This document shows positions 1 through 12,045 of a DNA stretch of 64,000 nucleotides, in pieces. The DNA comes from an uncultured Planctomycetota bacterium. GTDB taxonomy: Bacteria; Planctomycetota; Planctomycetia; Gemmatales; Gemmataceae. The number at the start of each line of letters is the position of its first letter. Position 1 is the first letter of the stretch. The notes beneath the pieces are model-generated. The model saw only the letters and a list, made by a program, of their open reading frames with translations. It was not told where the DNA came from and searched no databases. The translations under genes were made by a program, and so were the position numbers. Location: positions 384,001 to 448,000 of the forward strand of contig CAWKHF010000001.1 of NCBI GenBank assembly GCA_963849325.1, given 5' to 3'.

Positions 1-639
1 GAAGCATCCGGCGCGACGGCCCTGTTCTGGATGGGCTGCGGCGGCGACGCCAACCCGCTGCCGCGCAGCAAGGTCGAGCTGTGTAAAAAGTACGGCCACG
101 AACTGGCCAACGCCGTCGAGGGCGTCCTCACCGGCCGTCGGACGCCCATCGCCGGCGACAATGCCGCGCGGTACGCGACCATCGCCCTGCCATTCGACAA
201 GCTGCCCGGCCGCGACAAGTGGGAGGCCGACCTCCGCAGCAAGCAGCACAGCGCTCGCAATCGGGCCGCGCGCTACCTGAAGCTCCTCGATGACGGCGGC
301 AAGATCGACGATCACTATCGTCATTACCCGGTGCAGGCGTGGCGCCTGGGCGAGCTGACGTGGGTGACGCTGGGCGGCGAGGTGGTGGTCGATTACGACC
401 TGCGCCTGAAGCGCGAGCTGGGCCGCGAGGGTCCGCTGTGGATCGCCGGCTACGCCAACGACGTGATGGCCTACATCCCCTCGCGGCGCGTGCTCCAGGA
501 AGGCGGCTACGAGGGCGACACGTCGATGATTCCCTACGGCATGCCGGCGAAGTGGGGCCCGACCATTGAAGAGAAGATCGTCGCCAAGGTACACGAGCTA
601 GTCAAGGAAGTGCGGGCCGACTCGCGCCGGCGTCCGTGA
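1..639 (+). CDS. Neutral/alkaline ceramidase-like protein, C-terminal part (5' end outside window)
   Basis: Open frame from the window edge; motifs GCGGDANP, LGGEVVVDY and GYANDVMAYIPS...EGGYEG are typical of planctomycete ceramidase-like proteins. Confidence 0.65.
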   Translation, partial: EASGATALFWMGCGGDANPLPRSKVELCKKYGHELANAVEGVLTGRRTPIAGDNAARYATIALPFDKLPGRDKWEADLRSKQHSARNRAARYLKLLDDGGKIDDHYRHYPVQAWRLGELTWVTLGGEVVVDYDLRLKRELGREGPLWIAGYANDVMAYIPSRRVLQEGGYEGDTSMIPYGMPAKWGPTIEEKIVAKVHELVKEVRADSRRRP

Positions 640-667
640 TTCCTCATCTCCTTCGCTTACAGGCTGC

Positions 668-750
668 AACATTCTGGCGAACGGCCGGCGTAAGCCGGCT
701 GGTAGAGGCACAAAACCAGCCGGCTTACGCCGGCCGTTCGCCAGAATGTT
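668..750. repeat. Perfect REP-like palindrome (36-bp arms, 11-nt loop)
   Basis: AACATTCTGGCGAACGGCCGGCGTAAGCCGGCTGGT followed by its exact reverse complement. Confidence 0.9.
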
Positions 751-929
751 AGTGCCTCTTACGCTTCCCGCTCGGATCGTTAACCGTCCCCACGAGCCAA
801 ACGCGCCGATTGTGCCAGCAAGGACAGGAGCGGCCCTCGTTGCATTCCTTTCCGGGCCGTTCCTTCCATTGATTCACCCCGGCGAATTCAGATAAAATGC
901 GTAATATGGGTGGTCTCGCTAGGATGCAA

Positions 930-945
930 TGGCATACAATTTGCT
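930..945 (+). promoter_or_regulatory. Putative sigma-54 (-24/-12) promoter
   Basis: TGGCATACAATTTGCT matches TGGCAY-N5-TTGCW with exact GG-N10-GC spacing, about 175 bp upstream of fabF. Confidence 0.55.
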
Positions 946-1119
946 TCATGGATGAGTTTCAGGCAGGGGGGAGTCGGGATGGCTCTCCGAGGATCCAGCA
1001 GCCGTTGGCAATGCGGAGGTCAACGGGCTGTGCCCATACGGAAGGAAATGCCGTCTCTGCGTTGCAATCGGGGAGCGGGGAGCAAGCCCCTCCTCCTCGG
1101 CTTTCAGTGGAGAGAGGCC

Positions 1120-2413
1120 ATGCGTAGAGTGGTGGTGACCGGGGTGGGGGTGGTGGCCCCCAACGGGGTCGGCAAGGAGGCGTTCTGGTCGGCCTGCGTC
1201 AACGGCAAGAGCGGCGTCGGGCCGATCCGCAGTTTCGACACGTCGTCGCTGCCGGTGCAGGTCGCCGGCGAAGTGCCGGACTTCGACATCACGCCCGTTC
1301 ATGCCCAGCGTCCACCGCAAGAGCCTCAAAATCATGGGCCGGGCTGCCCGCTTCGGCGTGGCGGCGGCGGGCCTGGCCGTGCACGACAGCGGCCTGGACC
1401 TGTCGCGCGACAACCCCGAGCGCGTCGGCGTCGTCATGGGCGCGGGACTGGTGCCGATCGAGCTGCCGGAGGTGGCGCCCCTCGTGGCCGGGGCGCTGCA
1501 ACGAGCGACGGCCAGCTGCACCTGGACCGACTCGGCCACGCCGGCAAGGACACGCTGTTCCCGCTGTGGATGCTGAAGTATTTGCCGAACATGACGGCGG
1601 CGCACATCTCGCTGATCCACGGCGCCCAGGGGCCGAACAGCACGATCGTGACGGCGTGCGCCGCCAGCACGCAGGCGGTCGGCGAGGCGTTCCGTCTGAT
1701 TGCCCGCGAGGACGCCGACATCGTGCTGGCCGGCGGCGCCGACAGCCGCCTCGATCCGCTGCTGATCCTGGCCTACTCGGCGCTGGGCGCGCTCAGTCCG
1801 GCGCAGCGTCGCCCGGCGGAAGTGTCGCGGCCATTCGACGGCCAGCGCGACGGCTTCGTGCTGGGCGAGGGCGCGGGCGTGCTGGTGCTGGAGGAGTTGG
1901 AACACGCCCGGCGGCGCGGCGCGGTCATCTACGCCGAGGTGCTCGGCCTGGGCAGCAGCTTCGACGCCTACGCCGTGACCAAGCCCGACCCCGAGGCGCG
2001 CGGCGCCGCCCGCGCCATCCGCTGGGCCTTGCGCGAAGCGCACGTCGATGCCGGCGACATCGACTACATCAACGCCCACGGCACCAGCACGCGGCTCAAC
2101 GACCTGATGGAGACGGTGGCCGTCAAGCGCGTCTTCGGCCCGGCGGCGCGGACGCTGCCGCTGTCGTCGATCAAGTCGATGGTCGGCCATCTCATCGGCG
2201 CCTCCGGCGCCGTCGAGGCGGCGGCGCTGGCGCTGACGCTGCATCGACGGCGTGCTGCCGCCGACCATCAACCAGACGCACCCCGATCCCAGCTGCGATC
2301 TCGATTACGTGCCCAACTGCGCCCGCGAGATGCCGGTGCGGACGGGCCTGTCCACCAGCTTCGGCTTCGGCGGCCAGAACGCCGCCCTGGTCATGCGCCG
2401 CTATGCCGGCTGA
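1120..2413 (+). CDS. fabF: Beta-ketoacyl-ACP synthase II family protein (frameshifted in this read)
   Basis: RRVVVTGVG start, TACAAST catalytic Cys, NAHGTST and GHLIGA His motifs, SFGFGGQN near the end; split over frames near 1300, 1500 and 2245. Confidence 0.85.
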
Positions 2414-2419
2414 CCCGTT

Positions 2420-2482
2420 TAGCCGCGAACTGTCGCAGCGGAGCGCTGCCTCGGCTCGCTCTCGCTGCGCGGTTCGCGGCTA
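2420..2482. repeat. REP-like imperfect palindrome (TAGCCGCGA family) between convergent genes
   Basis: TAGCCGCGAAC...GTTCGCGGCTA; same family as 28121-28185. Confidence 0.75.
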
Positions 2483-3039
2483 TAATCCTTGCTCCTGCTG
2501 CAGCGCCTCGGCATTGTCGGTAAACCCTGTTCCAGGCGGATACGGTCCACCTCGCCCATCACCTCATCGATGACGCCGGCGTTGATCGACACGTTGCGAT
2601 ACTCGACGACGAACGCCCACAGGTTGACGAGCAGCGTGACGGTGGCCAGCGTGGCGTGGATCGTCCACGGCCATTCCTGTCGCTGGGCGGCGGCGCCGGC
2701 GGCGGCCGTGGCGATCGGCACCAGCATGGCCAGCAGAGCGATCGGAAACGTGCGCCGCTTCAAATCGCGCGTCAGGCGCGGCAGCGGTGCGTCCGGCAGA
2801 CGATAGGCGATCGCCACTTCCTTGACCCAGCGGCCGGTGCCCAGGAAGTAGATGAAGATCAGGCAATGCACTCCGAGTGTCAGCAGCACCGCGAACAGGC
2901 CAGGTAGAAGTGGATCGGATAGAGCGGATCGTCGAGGTTCGCGCAGGCTGCCGCGCCAGCGCGACAGCCAGCCCACCGCGAAGGTCAACAGCAGCACAAA
3001 AAAATTGAACGCCGCCAGGCGCGCCAGGATGCGTGACAT
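2480..3039 (-). CDS. Hypothetical multi-pass membrane protein (3' end approximate, probable indels)
   Basis: About four hydrophobic segments; motif HCLIFIYFLGTGRWVKEV. Confidence 0.65.
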
Positions 3040-3361
3040 GGAACTCTCACAGGCAGGAAGGAACTCGAAACGGGTCGGCGAGCCCTGCCGTCTGCGCCGC
3101 TCGTGCCGAAGACCGGCGGATGTTCAGGACGATGACAAAGAGGGCGGTCCCGCCAAGGCAACCCGTCTGTGCGTCCTGTATCGTTGCGCCTCCGCCTTCG
3201 GCCGCCACGGAGGCAGAAGGATTTTGGTTCCCGTCTTGAGCCGGGCGCTATAATAGAGGGCACGAGGCGAGCCGCGACCGTCGAGTCGCGAGCGGAAGCG
3301 AACTCCGCTCCCTCACGATCGCAGCTCGGAAGGCCACAGTCGCGGAGCGTGCGAGGCGGGC

Positions 3362-3743
3362 ATGGCCGCTCTTGAGGCGACGGTTTCTTCCTTCCTTCTG
3401 CTGGCCGACGCGCCGAGGATGCAGTTGCTCGTGACGGGCCTGTGTCTCGCCGCGGCGCTGCTTCTGGGGCGCCATCGTCATCGCCCTCGTTCAGTCGCTG
3501 GTGGCAGCGGCGGACTCGAAGGATGATCTCTCGCCCAGTGCGCAGCTGGCCCATTTTCGCTCATTGTACGAGGCGGGAGCGATCAGTCAGGAGGAATTCG
3601 AGCGCCTTCGGTCCTTGCTGGGCGGCCGGATGCGCGAGGAATTCGGGGTCCCTTCGCCGGCGCCGAACGCGGCGGCGAATCCGCCCCCGGGAGACAACGG
3701 GCAGCCGCCCGACAATCCCGAGACGGGCGTCCGCCCAGCATGA
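3362..3743 (+). CDS. Small membrane protein with SHOCT-like domain (frameshifted)
   Basis: N-terminal hydrophobic helix, then LAHFRSLYEAGAISQEEFERLR (SHOCT-like). Confidence 0.55.
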
Positions 3744-3974
3744 CACGGCGAAAGTCCTTGCGGATCTTTCCGCCGCCCCGTAGAATCCGGAACGAGAAAC
3801 GAATCTGAACCTGTTACGAGGCAACCACTTCAACGGACCCCGGCGCCGCCACACCCACGACTTCTTTCTCCTCTGCATTCCGCGCTGAGCCGTTGATCGG
3901 CTGTTCTCGCAACCTATTTGCTGGCAACCGTTTCCCGACCTCTTGGCAGGTGGGGCCGACGAAAAGGAGACCGC

Positions 3975-5278
<1,304 letters not shown>

Positions 5279-5364
5279 GGCAATCCGAATCCGGCGAAGG
5301 CTCGGAGGGCGCGAACCCACGTTCTCCGGGCCTTTCTTGTTCCTGCTCTCAACGGCCCTCCGTA

Positions 5365-5416
5365 TTCGCAAATTGCGAAGAAAGCGCTTGACAATTTCGC
5401 AATTTGCGAATACGCT
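5365..5416 (+). promoter_or_regulatory. Sigma-70 promoter overlapped by two palindromic operators
   Basis: TTGACA (5388-5393), 17 bp, TACGCT (5411-5416); TTCGCAAATTGCGAA at 5365-5379 and TTCGCAATTTGCGAA at 5396-5410. Confidence 0.75.
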
Positions 5417-5554
5417 GACTTGCAGATGCCGATAGGGACAATAGTTTTGAGCCCCGTTGTTACAAGTTCTATGCTGTTAGACCATACGCAAAACCATTCA
5501 TGAAATACCCTGCTGAAACTATTCCGTTAACCTGATCGGTCGAAAGAATATGTG

Positions 5555-5950
5555 ATGCGAGTCATTTCCCCCAAGAAACTCCGCCACTTCTGGACGGATC
5601 CCCGAAATCCCGACTCGGAATCGCCTCTTCGAGCATGGAATCTGGTCGTAAGGGCAGCCGATTGGACTTGTTTTGCCGATGTCCGCAACACTTATGGCAC
5701 GGCGGATCTCGTCGGCAACCGCGTGGTTTTCAACATAGGTGGCAACAAGTATCGGCTAGTCGCCGTAATCGATTACGAAGGACACAAAGTATTTATCCGA
5801 TTCGTCCTCCGCCACGAGGATTACGAAAAAGGGCACTGGAAGAGCGATACGTTTGGTCAGGACTGGAAGCCAGGTTCACAACAGGCTCCCGCAAGTCCAG
5901 CGCCAGGCAAAGCAAAAGGACGCCACCGGAAAGGCCGTCCCAAGAAGTGA
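5555..5950 (+). CDS. higB: HigB-family toxin
   Basis: MRVISPKKLRHFW...VFNIGGNKYRLV...FVLRHEDY signature; toxin-first gene order. Confidence 0.9.
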   Translation: MRVISPKKLRHFWTDPRNPDSESPLRAWNLVVRAADWTCFADVRNTYGTADLVGNRVVFNIGGNKYRLVAVIDYEGHKVFIRFVLRHEDYEKGHWKSDTFGQDWKPGSQQAPASPAPGKAKGRHRKGRPKK

Positions 5951-5959
5951 GATCGAGCC

Positions 5960-6382
5960 ATGAAAACGACTCGCAAGGTTGACGACCACCGAGATGCTTA
6001 CATGGAGCTGATCCGGCGATTTCCCCTCCGCCCGATCCGCTCGGAGGAAGAACTGGACCGGGCGATGGAAGTTATTGACGAGCTAATTGATCGAGACAAT
6101 TTGGATCAGTCGGAGAAAGATTACCTAGACGTGCTCAGCGACTTGACTGAGCACTACGAATCGGCGCACCATCCCATCGAACCTGTCTCGGACGCGGAGG
6201 TGCTGGCGCATTTGATCGAGGCGAAGGGCACTACCCAGGCGAAACTCGCCCGCGAAACCCGGATTGCGGAATCGACGATCTCCGAAGTTCTCGCCGGCAA
6301 GCGAATCCTCAATCGCGTTCAGATCGGCCGGTTGGCCCGGCACTTCAACGTCGGCCCGACGGTCTTCCGCTTCAACGAGTAA
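5960..6382 (+). CDS. higA: HigA-family HTH antitoxin
   Basis: PLRPIRSEEE...YE N-terminus and XRE-type HTH (TQAKLA...STISEVLAGKR). Confidence 0.9.
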   Translation: MKTTRKVDDHRDAYMELIRRFPLRPIRSEEELDRAMEVIDELIDRDNLDQSEKDYLDVLSDLTEHYESAHHPIEPVSDAEVLAHLIEAKGTTQAKLARETRIAESTISEVLAGKRILNRVQIGRLARHFNVGPTVFRFNE

Positions 6383-6650
6383 TCCCGTTTCGGCGCGTCA
6401 ACTCCTCGCCGGTCGCTCCTCCGGCCTGGTCCGCAGGAGTGCGCTCGTTCGCGTTCGCCACATTTATCGGAACTTGCTTGACCGAGCCGTTGCCGACGTT
6501 TACGATGCGTGAATAGATTGTTCCGCTGGCTCATCGGTCGCCTACCTCCCGATGGGTCTGGCCCGCCGTTAGCTGCCAACCGCTGCCCGCCGTCGCGCTC
6601 CCGCCGACCGACTGTTTTCAGGAATTCGGATTGCTCAGGAGTATCTTGCC

Positions 6651-8932
6651 ATGGTCGTCTCCCTCCGTGCCCTGCTCGGGGTTCGTCGTTGCCTGGCTCT
6701 GCTGCTCGTCGGCGCCGGCCTGTTACTCACCAGCCGCACTGATGCCCAGCAACAGATCGGTTCCAACCTGCCCGCCCCGCGCCTGTTGACCGTCATGCCG
6801 CCGGGAGGCAAGATCGGCTCCACGGTCGAAGTGACCTTCACCGGCACCGACCTCGAAGAACCGGAGCACCTGCTCTTCAGCCATCCCGGCATCAAGGCCG
6901 AGATGGTCGCGGCCCCCGAGCCGCCGCCGACGCCCCAGCCGACGCCCAAAAAGGGACGACGGCAGGGCATGATGGGCAAGCCGAGCGTCAGCCGCTTCAA
7001 GGTAACACTCGCCGCCAACGTGCCGCCGGGCATCCACGATGTCCGCTTCGTCAACAAGTGGGGCGTCAGCAACCCGCGCGCCTTCGTGGCCGGCGATCTC
7101 AACGAGGTGCTCGAAAAAGAGCCGAACAACGACGTCGAGCAGGCCCAGCGCGTCGAACTGAACGCCACCGTCAACGGCTCGATGGCCGCTCCCACCGACG
7201 TGGATTACTACGTCTTCGCCGGCAAGAAGGGCCAGCGCGTCGTCTTCAGCTGCCTGGCTTCCAGCATCGACAGCCGTTTCCACGCCGGCCTGGAAGTGTA
7301 CGACAGCAAGGGCAAGCAGGTGGCGTCCGGCCGCGATTACCACGACAACGACGCCCTGGCCGACTGCACTCTGTCCGCCGACGGCGATTACTACGTTCGC
7401 CTGTTTCACTTCACGCATACGCAGGGCACCGCCGAGCACTTTTACCGTCTCCGCATCAGCACCGCTCCCTGGATCGACGCGGTTTTCCCCTGCGCCGTTG
7501 AACCCGGCAAGACGACGGCCGTGACCGTCTATGGCCGCAACCTGCCCGGCGGCAAGCTCGACCCGTCGGCCGTGGTCGAGGACCGCGTGCTGGAGAAGAT
7601 CACCGTCAACGTCACCGCTCCGACGGACGCCGGCCAGCGTCTGACGTTCGGCGGCCTGGTGGCGCCGCGCATGGCCGCCCTCGACGGCTTCGAGTACCGC
7701 CTGCGCAACGAGACCGGCTGGTCCAATCCGTTTCTGATCTCGCTGGCCCATGCTCCCGTCGTACTCGATAAGGACGGCAACGACACACCCGAGACGGCCC
7801 AGGAAGTCCCTGTTCCCTGCGAGATCGCTGGACACGTCGAGAAGCGGAGCGACCGCGACTGGTACGCCTTCGCGGCCAAAAAGGGCGACGTGTACAACAT
7901 CGAGATCCTCAGCGATCGCCTCGGCGCGCCGACCTACATGTACTTCATGCTCCGCGACCAGAAGACCGAGTTGAAGGAATCCGACGACAATCCGGACATC
8001 CTGAGTCGTGCATTCTACGCGCGGACGGAAGACCCGCAGGCGTATCGCTTCACGGTCCCGGCCGACGGCAAGTATCAGCTTCTGGTGAGCAGCCGGCTCG
8101 CCGACACGGTAGCGGGCCCGCGTCACTTCTATCGCGTCCGCATCACGCCGCCGCGGCCCGACTTCCATCTGGTGGCCCTGCCGCCGGACGACCATCGACC
8201 GGCGGGCATGACGGTCCTGGCCGGTGGTCAGCAGGCGTTCACCATTCTCGCCGTCCGCCAGGACGGCTTCGTCGGCGACATCGCCCTGACGGCCGAGGGG
8301 TTGCCGCCGGGCGTGACGGCCGCACCGCAGACTGTCGGCGGCGACCTGCGCGAGACGCGCTTCGCCGTCTCGGCCGCTCCGTCGGCCGCCGCCTGGACGG
8401 GCGAGATCAAGGTCGTCGGCACCGCTGTCATCGAGGGCAAGAAAGTGGTGCGCGAGGCTCGTTCCGGCAGTGTCGTCTGGCCGGTGCCGCCCAACCAGAA
8501 CATCCCCACCATCAGCCGCGCCGATCACAGCCTTATGCTGGCCGTGCGCCCGGCGCTCCTTACAGTCTGACCGGCACTCTCGACAAGCCGGCGCTGGCGC
8601 CAGGCGAAAAGGGCACGCTCAAGGTGAAGCTGGCTCGTCTGTCGCCGGACTTCAAGACGCCCTTGACCGTGCAGGCGCTGCAAGCCGAATTGCCGAAGGG
8701 GCTGACCTTCAACAACAATCAGCCGCTCACCATCGCCGCCAACCAGGCGGAAGCGTCGCTGGCGATCAACGTCGCCAACAACGTACCGCCGGGCACTTAC
8801 ACCATCGTCCTGCGCACGCAAACGCAGATGCCCTACAGCAAAGACCCGGCGGCCAAGCAGAAGCCGAACACTCCGGTTGTCCTGCCGTCGGCGCCGGTGA
8901 CGCTGACCATCCTGCCCAAAAAGAAGAAGTAA
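6651..8932 (+). CDS. Secreted PPC (pre-peptidase C-terminal) repeat protein (indel near 8555)
   Basis: Signal peptide; repeated EKEPNN / DVDYYVF / DRDWYAF motifs; continues in the 8624-8932 frame. Confidence 0.8.
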
Positions 8933-8945
8933 GCAACTTCAATGC

Positions 8946-9047
8946 AAAGAGAACCACGGATAACACGGATAACACGGATAAAAACAAAAAGAACAATGGG
9001 CCTCTCTTTCTTTATCCGTGTTATCCGTGTTATCCGTGGTTCTCTTT
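8946..9047. repeat. Inverted arrays of the 9-mer AACACGGAT
   Basis: CCACGGAT(AACACGGAT)x2, AT-rich core, then (ATCCGTGTT)x2 ATCCGTGG. Confidence 0.9.
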
Positions 9048-9071
9048 TTTTGATGTAAGGAGATACCTGCA

Positions 9072-10490
9072 ATGCGTTCCCTGTTCTCCCTTGGTGTCCT
9101 CGCACTGCTGCCGGGACTCGTTCTCGCCCAGCAGAAAAAATCCAAACCGCCGCAGCCGATCAAGGTCGTCGAGCTGAAACGCACCGAGCCGGTGCTGTAC
9201 GACAAGGACGTCGAGCCGATCCTGGTCAACAAGTGCGCCTTCTGTCACAGCGACAACATCAAGGAAGGCAAGCTCGACATGGGCAACTACGAGGCGCTTC
9301 TCAAGGGCGGCAAGCGCGGCGCGCCGATCGTGCCGGGCAAGTCGGGCGAGAGCTTGCTGGTCAAGCTGGCCGGCAAGACGCAGCGTCCAGCTATGCCGCC
9401 CAAGAGCGAGGAGCCGCTGACGCCGGAGGAGTTGGCCCTCCTCAAGCTGTGGATCGACCAGGGCGCCAAGGCGCCGAGCATGAGACGAGAACGCCCCAAG
9501 GTGATCGTCAGCGGGCCGCCCGCCAACGTCCATCCCGTGCTCGGCGTCGCCGTCAGCCCCGACAAGTCCGCCGTCGCCGCCTCGCGCGGCAACCAAATCC
9601 ACATTTACAACGCTGCCTCCGGAGCACACCTGCGTTCGCTGATCGACCCGCAGCTGACCGGGCCGGACAAGAAGCCGGTCAAGGCCGCTCACCTGTCGCT
9701 GGTCGATTCGCTGGCCTACAGCCCCGACGGCAAAACGATCGCCTCGGGCGCCTTCCAGGAGGTCATCCTGTGGGACGCTTCGAGCGGCGCCATTCGCCGC
9801 CGCCTGACCGGCTTCGCCGACCGCGTCGTGGCCCTGGATTTCTCGCACGACGGCAAACTGCTGGCCAGCGGCGGCGGCGCTCCGACGGCCGACGGCGAGA
9901 TCAAGGTCTTCGACGTGGCCGACGGCAAGCTGATCGTGGACATCAAGAACGGCCACAGCGACACCGTTTTCGGCGTCAGCTTCAGCCCCGACGACAAGAA
10001 GTTAGCCACCTGCGCCGCCGACAAGTTCGTCAAGACGTTCGAGCTGCCTTCGGGCAAGTTCCTCAAGTCGTTCGAGGGCCACACGCACCACGTCCTCGGC
10101 GTCGGCTGGAAGGCCGACGGCAAGCTGCTGGCCTCGGCCGGCGCCGATAACATGGTGAAGATCTGGGACTTCGACAAGGGCGAGCAGGTCCGCACCATCA
10201 CCGGCCACGGCAAGCAGGTGACGCGCCTGTTGTTCGTCGGCAAGACCGATCAGTTCGCCACGTGCAGCGGCGATCAGACGGTGCGCTTCTGGAACGTCAA
10301 CGGCGGCAACACGCGCAACTTCAGCGGCAACACCGATTACCTCTACGCCCTCGGCGTCAGCCCCGACGGCGCCCTCGTCGCCGCCGGGGGACAGGAAGGC
10401 ATCGTGCGCTTGTACAACGGCACCAACGGCCAGCTCGTCAAAACGCTGCTGCCGCCGGACGCCGAACCCGCCGCGCCGACGAAGAAGTAA
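9072..10490 (+). CDS. Planctomycete cytochrome c domain plus WD40 beta-propeller protein
   Basis: Signal peptide, CAFCH heme motif, MPP...WIDQGA, then about seven WD40 repeats. Confidence 0.88.
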   Translation: MRSLFSLGVLALLPGLVLAQQKKSKPPQPIKVVELKRTEPVLYDKDVEPILVNKCAFCHSDNIKEGKLDMGNYEALLKGGKRGAPIVPGKSGESLLVKLAGKTQRPAMPPKSEEPLTPEELALLKLWIDQGAKAPSMRRERPKVIVSGPPANVHPVLGVAVSPDKSAVAASRGNQIHIYNAASGAHLRSLIDPQLTGPDKKPVKAAHLSLVDSLAYSPDGKTIASGAFQEVILWDASSGAIRRRLTGFADRVVALDFSHDGKLLASGGGAPTADGEIKVFDVADGKLIVDIKNGHSDTVFGVSFSPDDKKLATCAADKFVKTFELPSGKFLKSFEGHTHHVLGVGWKADGKLLASAGADNMVKIWDFDKGEQVRTITGHGKQVTRLLFVGKTDQFATCSGDQTVRFWNVNGGNTRNFSGNTDYLYALGVSPDGALVAAGGQEGIVRLYNGTNGQLVKTLLPPDAEPAAPTKK

Positions 10491-10503
10491 TGTCTCTAAC
10501 CTA

Positions 10504-10617
10504 AAGAGCCTCACGCAAAGAGCAGCAAAGAACGCAAAGGAAAACAAAAAATAGGCGTAAGTCGCTTTGGTCTTCCTTGTCTTTCCTTTGCGTCCTTTGC
10601 CTTTGCGTGAGGCTCTT
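10504..10617. repeat. Inverted arrays of GCAAAG-type short repeats
   Basis: AAGAGCCTCACGCAAAG...CTTTGCGTGAGGCTCTT with internal GCAAAG units. Confidence 0.8.
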
Positions 10618-10924
10618 CTAGGGAAATCTTCTAACACTCAAATCCAGTATCGAATTTGATTCGGCGTTGTATTTTTATCGCCCTCCTTCTGTCAACTTTT
10701 CCTTGCCTCTTTTTCGTATTTTTCCGGCGCGATTGCACTTCTTACAATGGTTGGAGCGCTTGTATCATCGCGCCTCCGACTTTATACAAACCACAACTGC
10801 TGAACGGATCGCAGATTACAACAATGTCTCGGCGGAAGTTTTCGGCCGCGCCGGCTCGTGGCTCAGCTTTTGCGTGTAGAGTTGAGCGTTCGGGACTCGG
10901 CCCCTCTTCGCTGGAGGCAATGGC

Positions 10925-11977
10925 ATGGCTGCACGCCCCTCGATCCTTCTCGTGCTGGCCGGGCGCTGGCATCCCTCGCCGCGTCCTATCGCACGCAAAA
11001 CTTCGTCGTCGAGGCGCCCACGCCCGAGTTCGCCAAGCAAGTCGGCGATTGGGCCGAACACTACCGCCGTCAAAAAGCGATCGACTGGCTCGGCGACGAA
11101 ATGCGGCCGTGGGGCCAACCCTGTCCGCTGCGCGTCACCGTGACGATGAACGGCTCCGGCGGAGCGACCTCGTTCGCCTTCGACCGCGGAGCGATCCTCA
11201 GCATCGACATGCACATTGAGGGCCGGGCCGATCGCCTCGTCGCCAGCGTCCTGCCGCACGAGATCACGCACACCGTCTTCGCCTACTACTTCCGCACGCC
11301 GGTGCCGCGCTGGGCCGACGAGGGCGGTTCGGTGCTGTCCGAGGACGACCAGGAGCGCGCCGTCCACGACCAGATGGTACGGCAAATCCTGCAAACGCCG
11401 CAGCCGCATGATCCCACTGCGCCGCTTGTTCGACTTGAAGGACTATCCGCGCGACGTGATGGTGCTGTACGCCGAGGGCTACTCGGTGACGAACTTCCTG
11501 GTCAGCCAGAGCAGCCGCTCGGTGTTCCTGGCGTTCGTGGCCCAGGGCATGCAAGGCAACTGGGATCGAGCGTTGCAGACGCACTACCGTTATCGCAGCG
11601 TCGAGGACCTGGAAGCGGCGTGGGTGCAGCACGTCTACAGTAATCGGCCGCAGCCGATCGAAGTGGCCAGTACGCGCGGACGAGGCGAAGTATCGCCAAC
11701 ATCGCGCGTGGTGGTGCGGCAGACCGCTCCGCCGGTGCAGCCGCTGCTCGAAGCGCCGCAGCCGATCTATCGCGGTCAGGCGCCCGGGGAGGATGAGGGC
11801 GTCGATCCGCGCCGCGAGTATCGACGGACGCCGCCGGCGCAACCTGTGTCGCGGCCGCCGCAGGGCTACCGGGTGCCGCCGCCGCCGACGGTATCGCTGG
11901 GAGCACCGGAATTCGAGCAGGCGCCGCCGGCCATGCCGCAGTTCGGCCCGCGTTCGCCGGTGGGATATTCGCCGTGA
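10925..11977 (+). CDS. Secreted zinc metallopeptidase-like protein (peptidase MA-like; frameshifted)
   Basis: Signal peptide, LPHEITH (HExxH) plus WADEG third ligand, Pro-rich tail. Confidence 0.7.
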
Positions 11978-11988
11978 TGTCACCCACC

Positions 11989-12045
11989 GACCAGCCCGGA
12001 GCGTCCGCGACGGTTCTCACCCGTCGCGGACGCTCCGGGCTGGTC
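11989..12045. repeat. Perfect palindrome between convergent genes (REP or terminator-like)
   Basis: GACCAGCCCGGAGCGTCCGCGACGG, loop, CCGTCGCGGACGCTCCGGGCTGGTC. Confidence 0.85.

Noticed and set aside
6723-8528. Long antisense or alternate-frame ORFs (for example 6723-8528, 18766-20250, 23683-24972, 41026-42513 and the 5' extension of 41050-43653)
   Set aside because: Shadow frames of real genes, expected in high-GC DNA; no recognisable motifs
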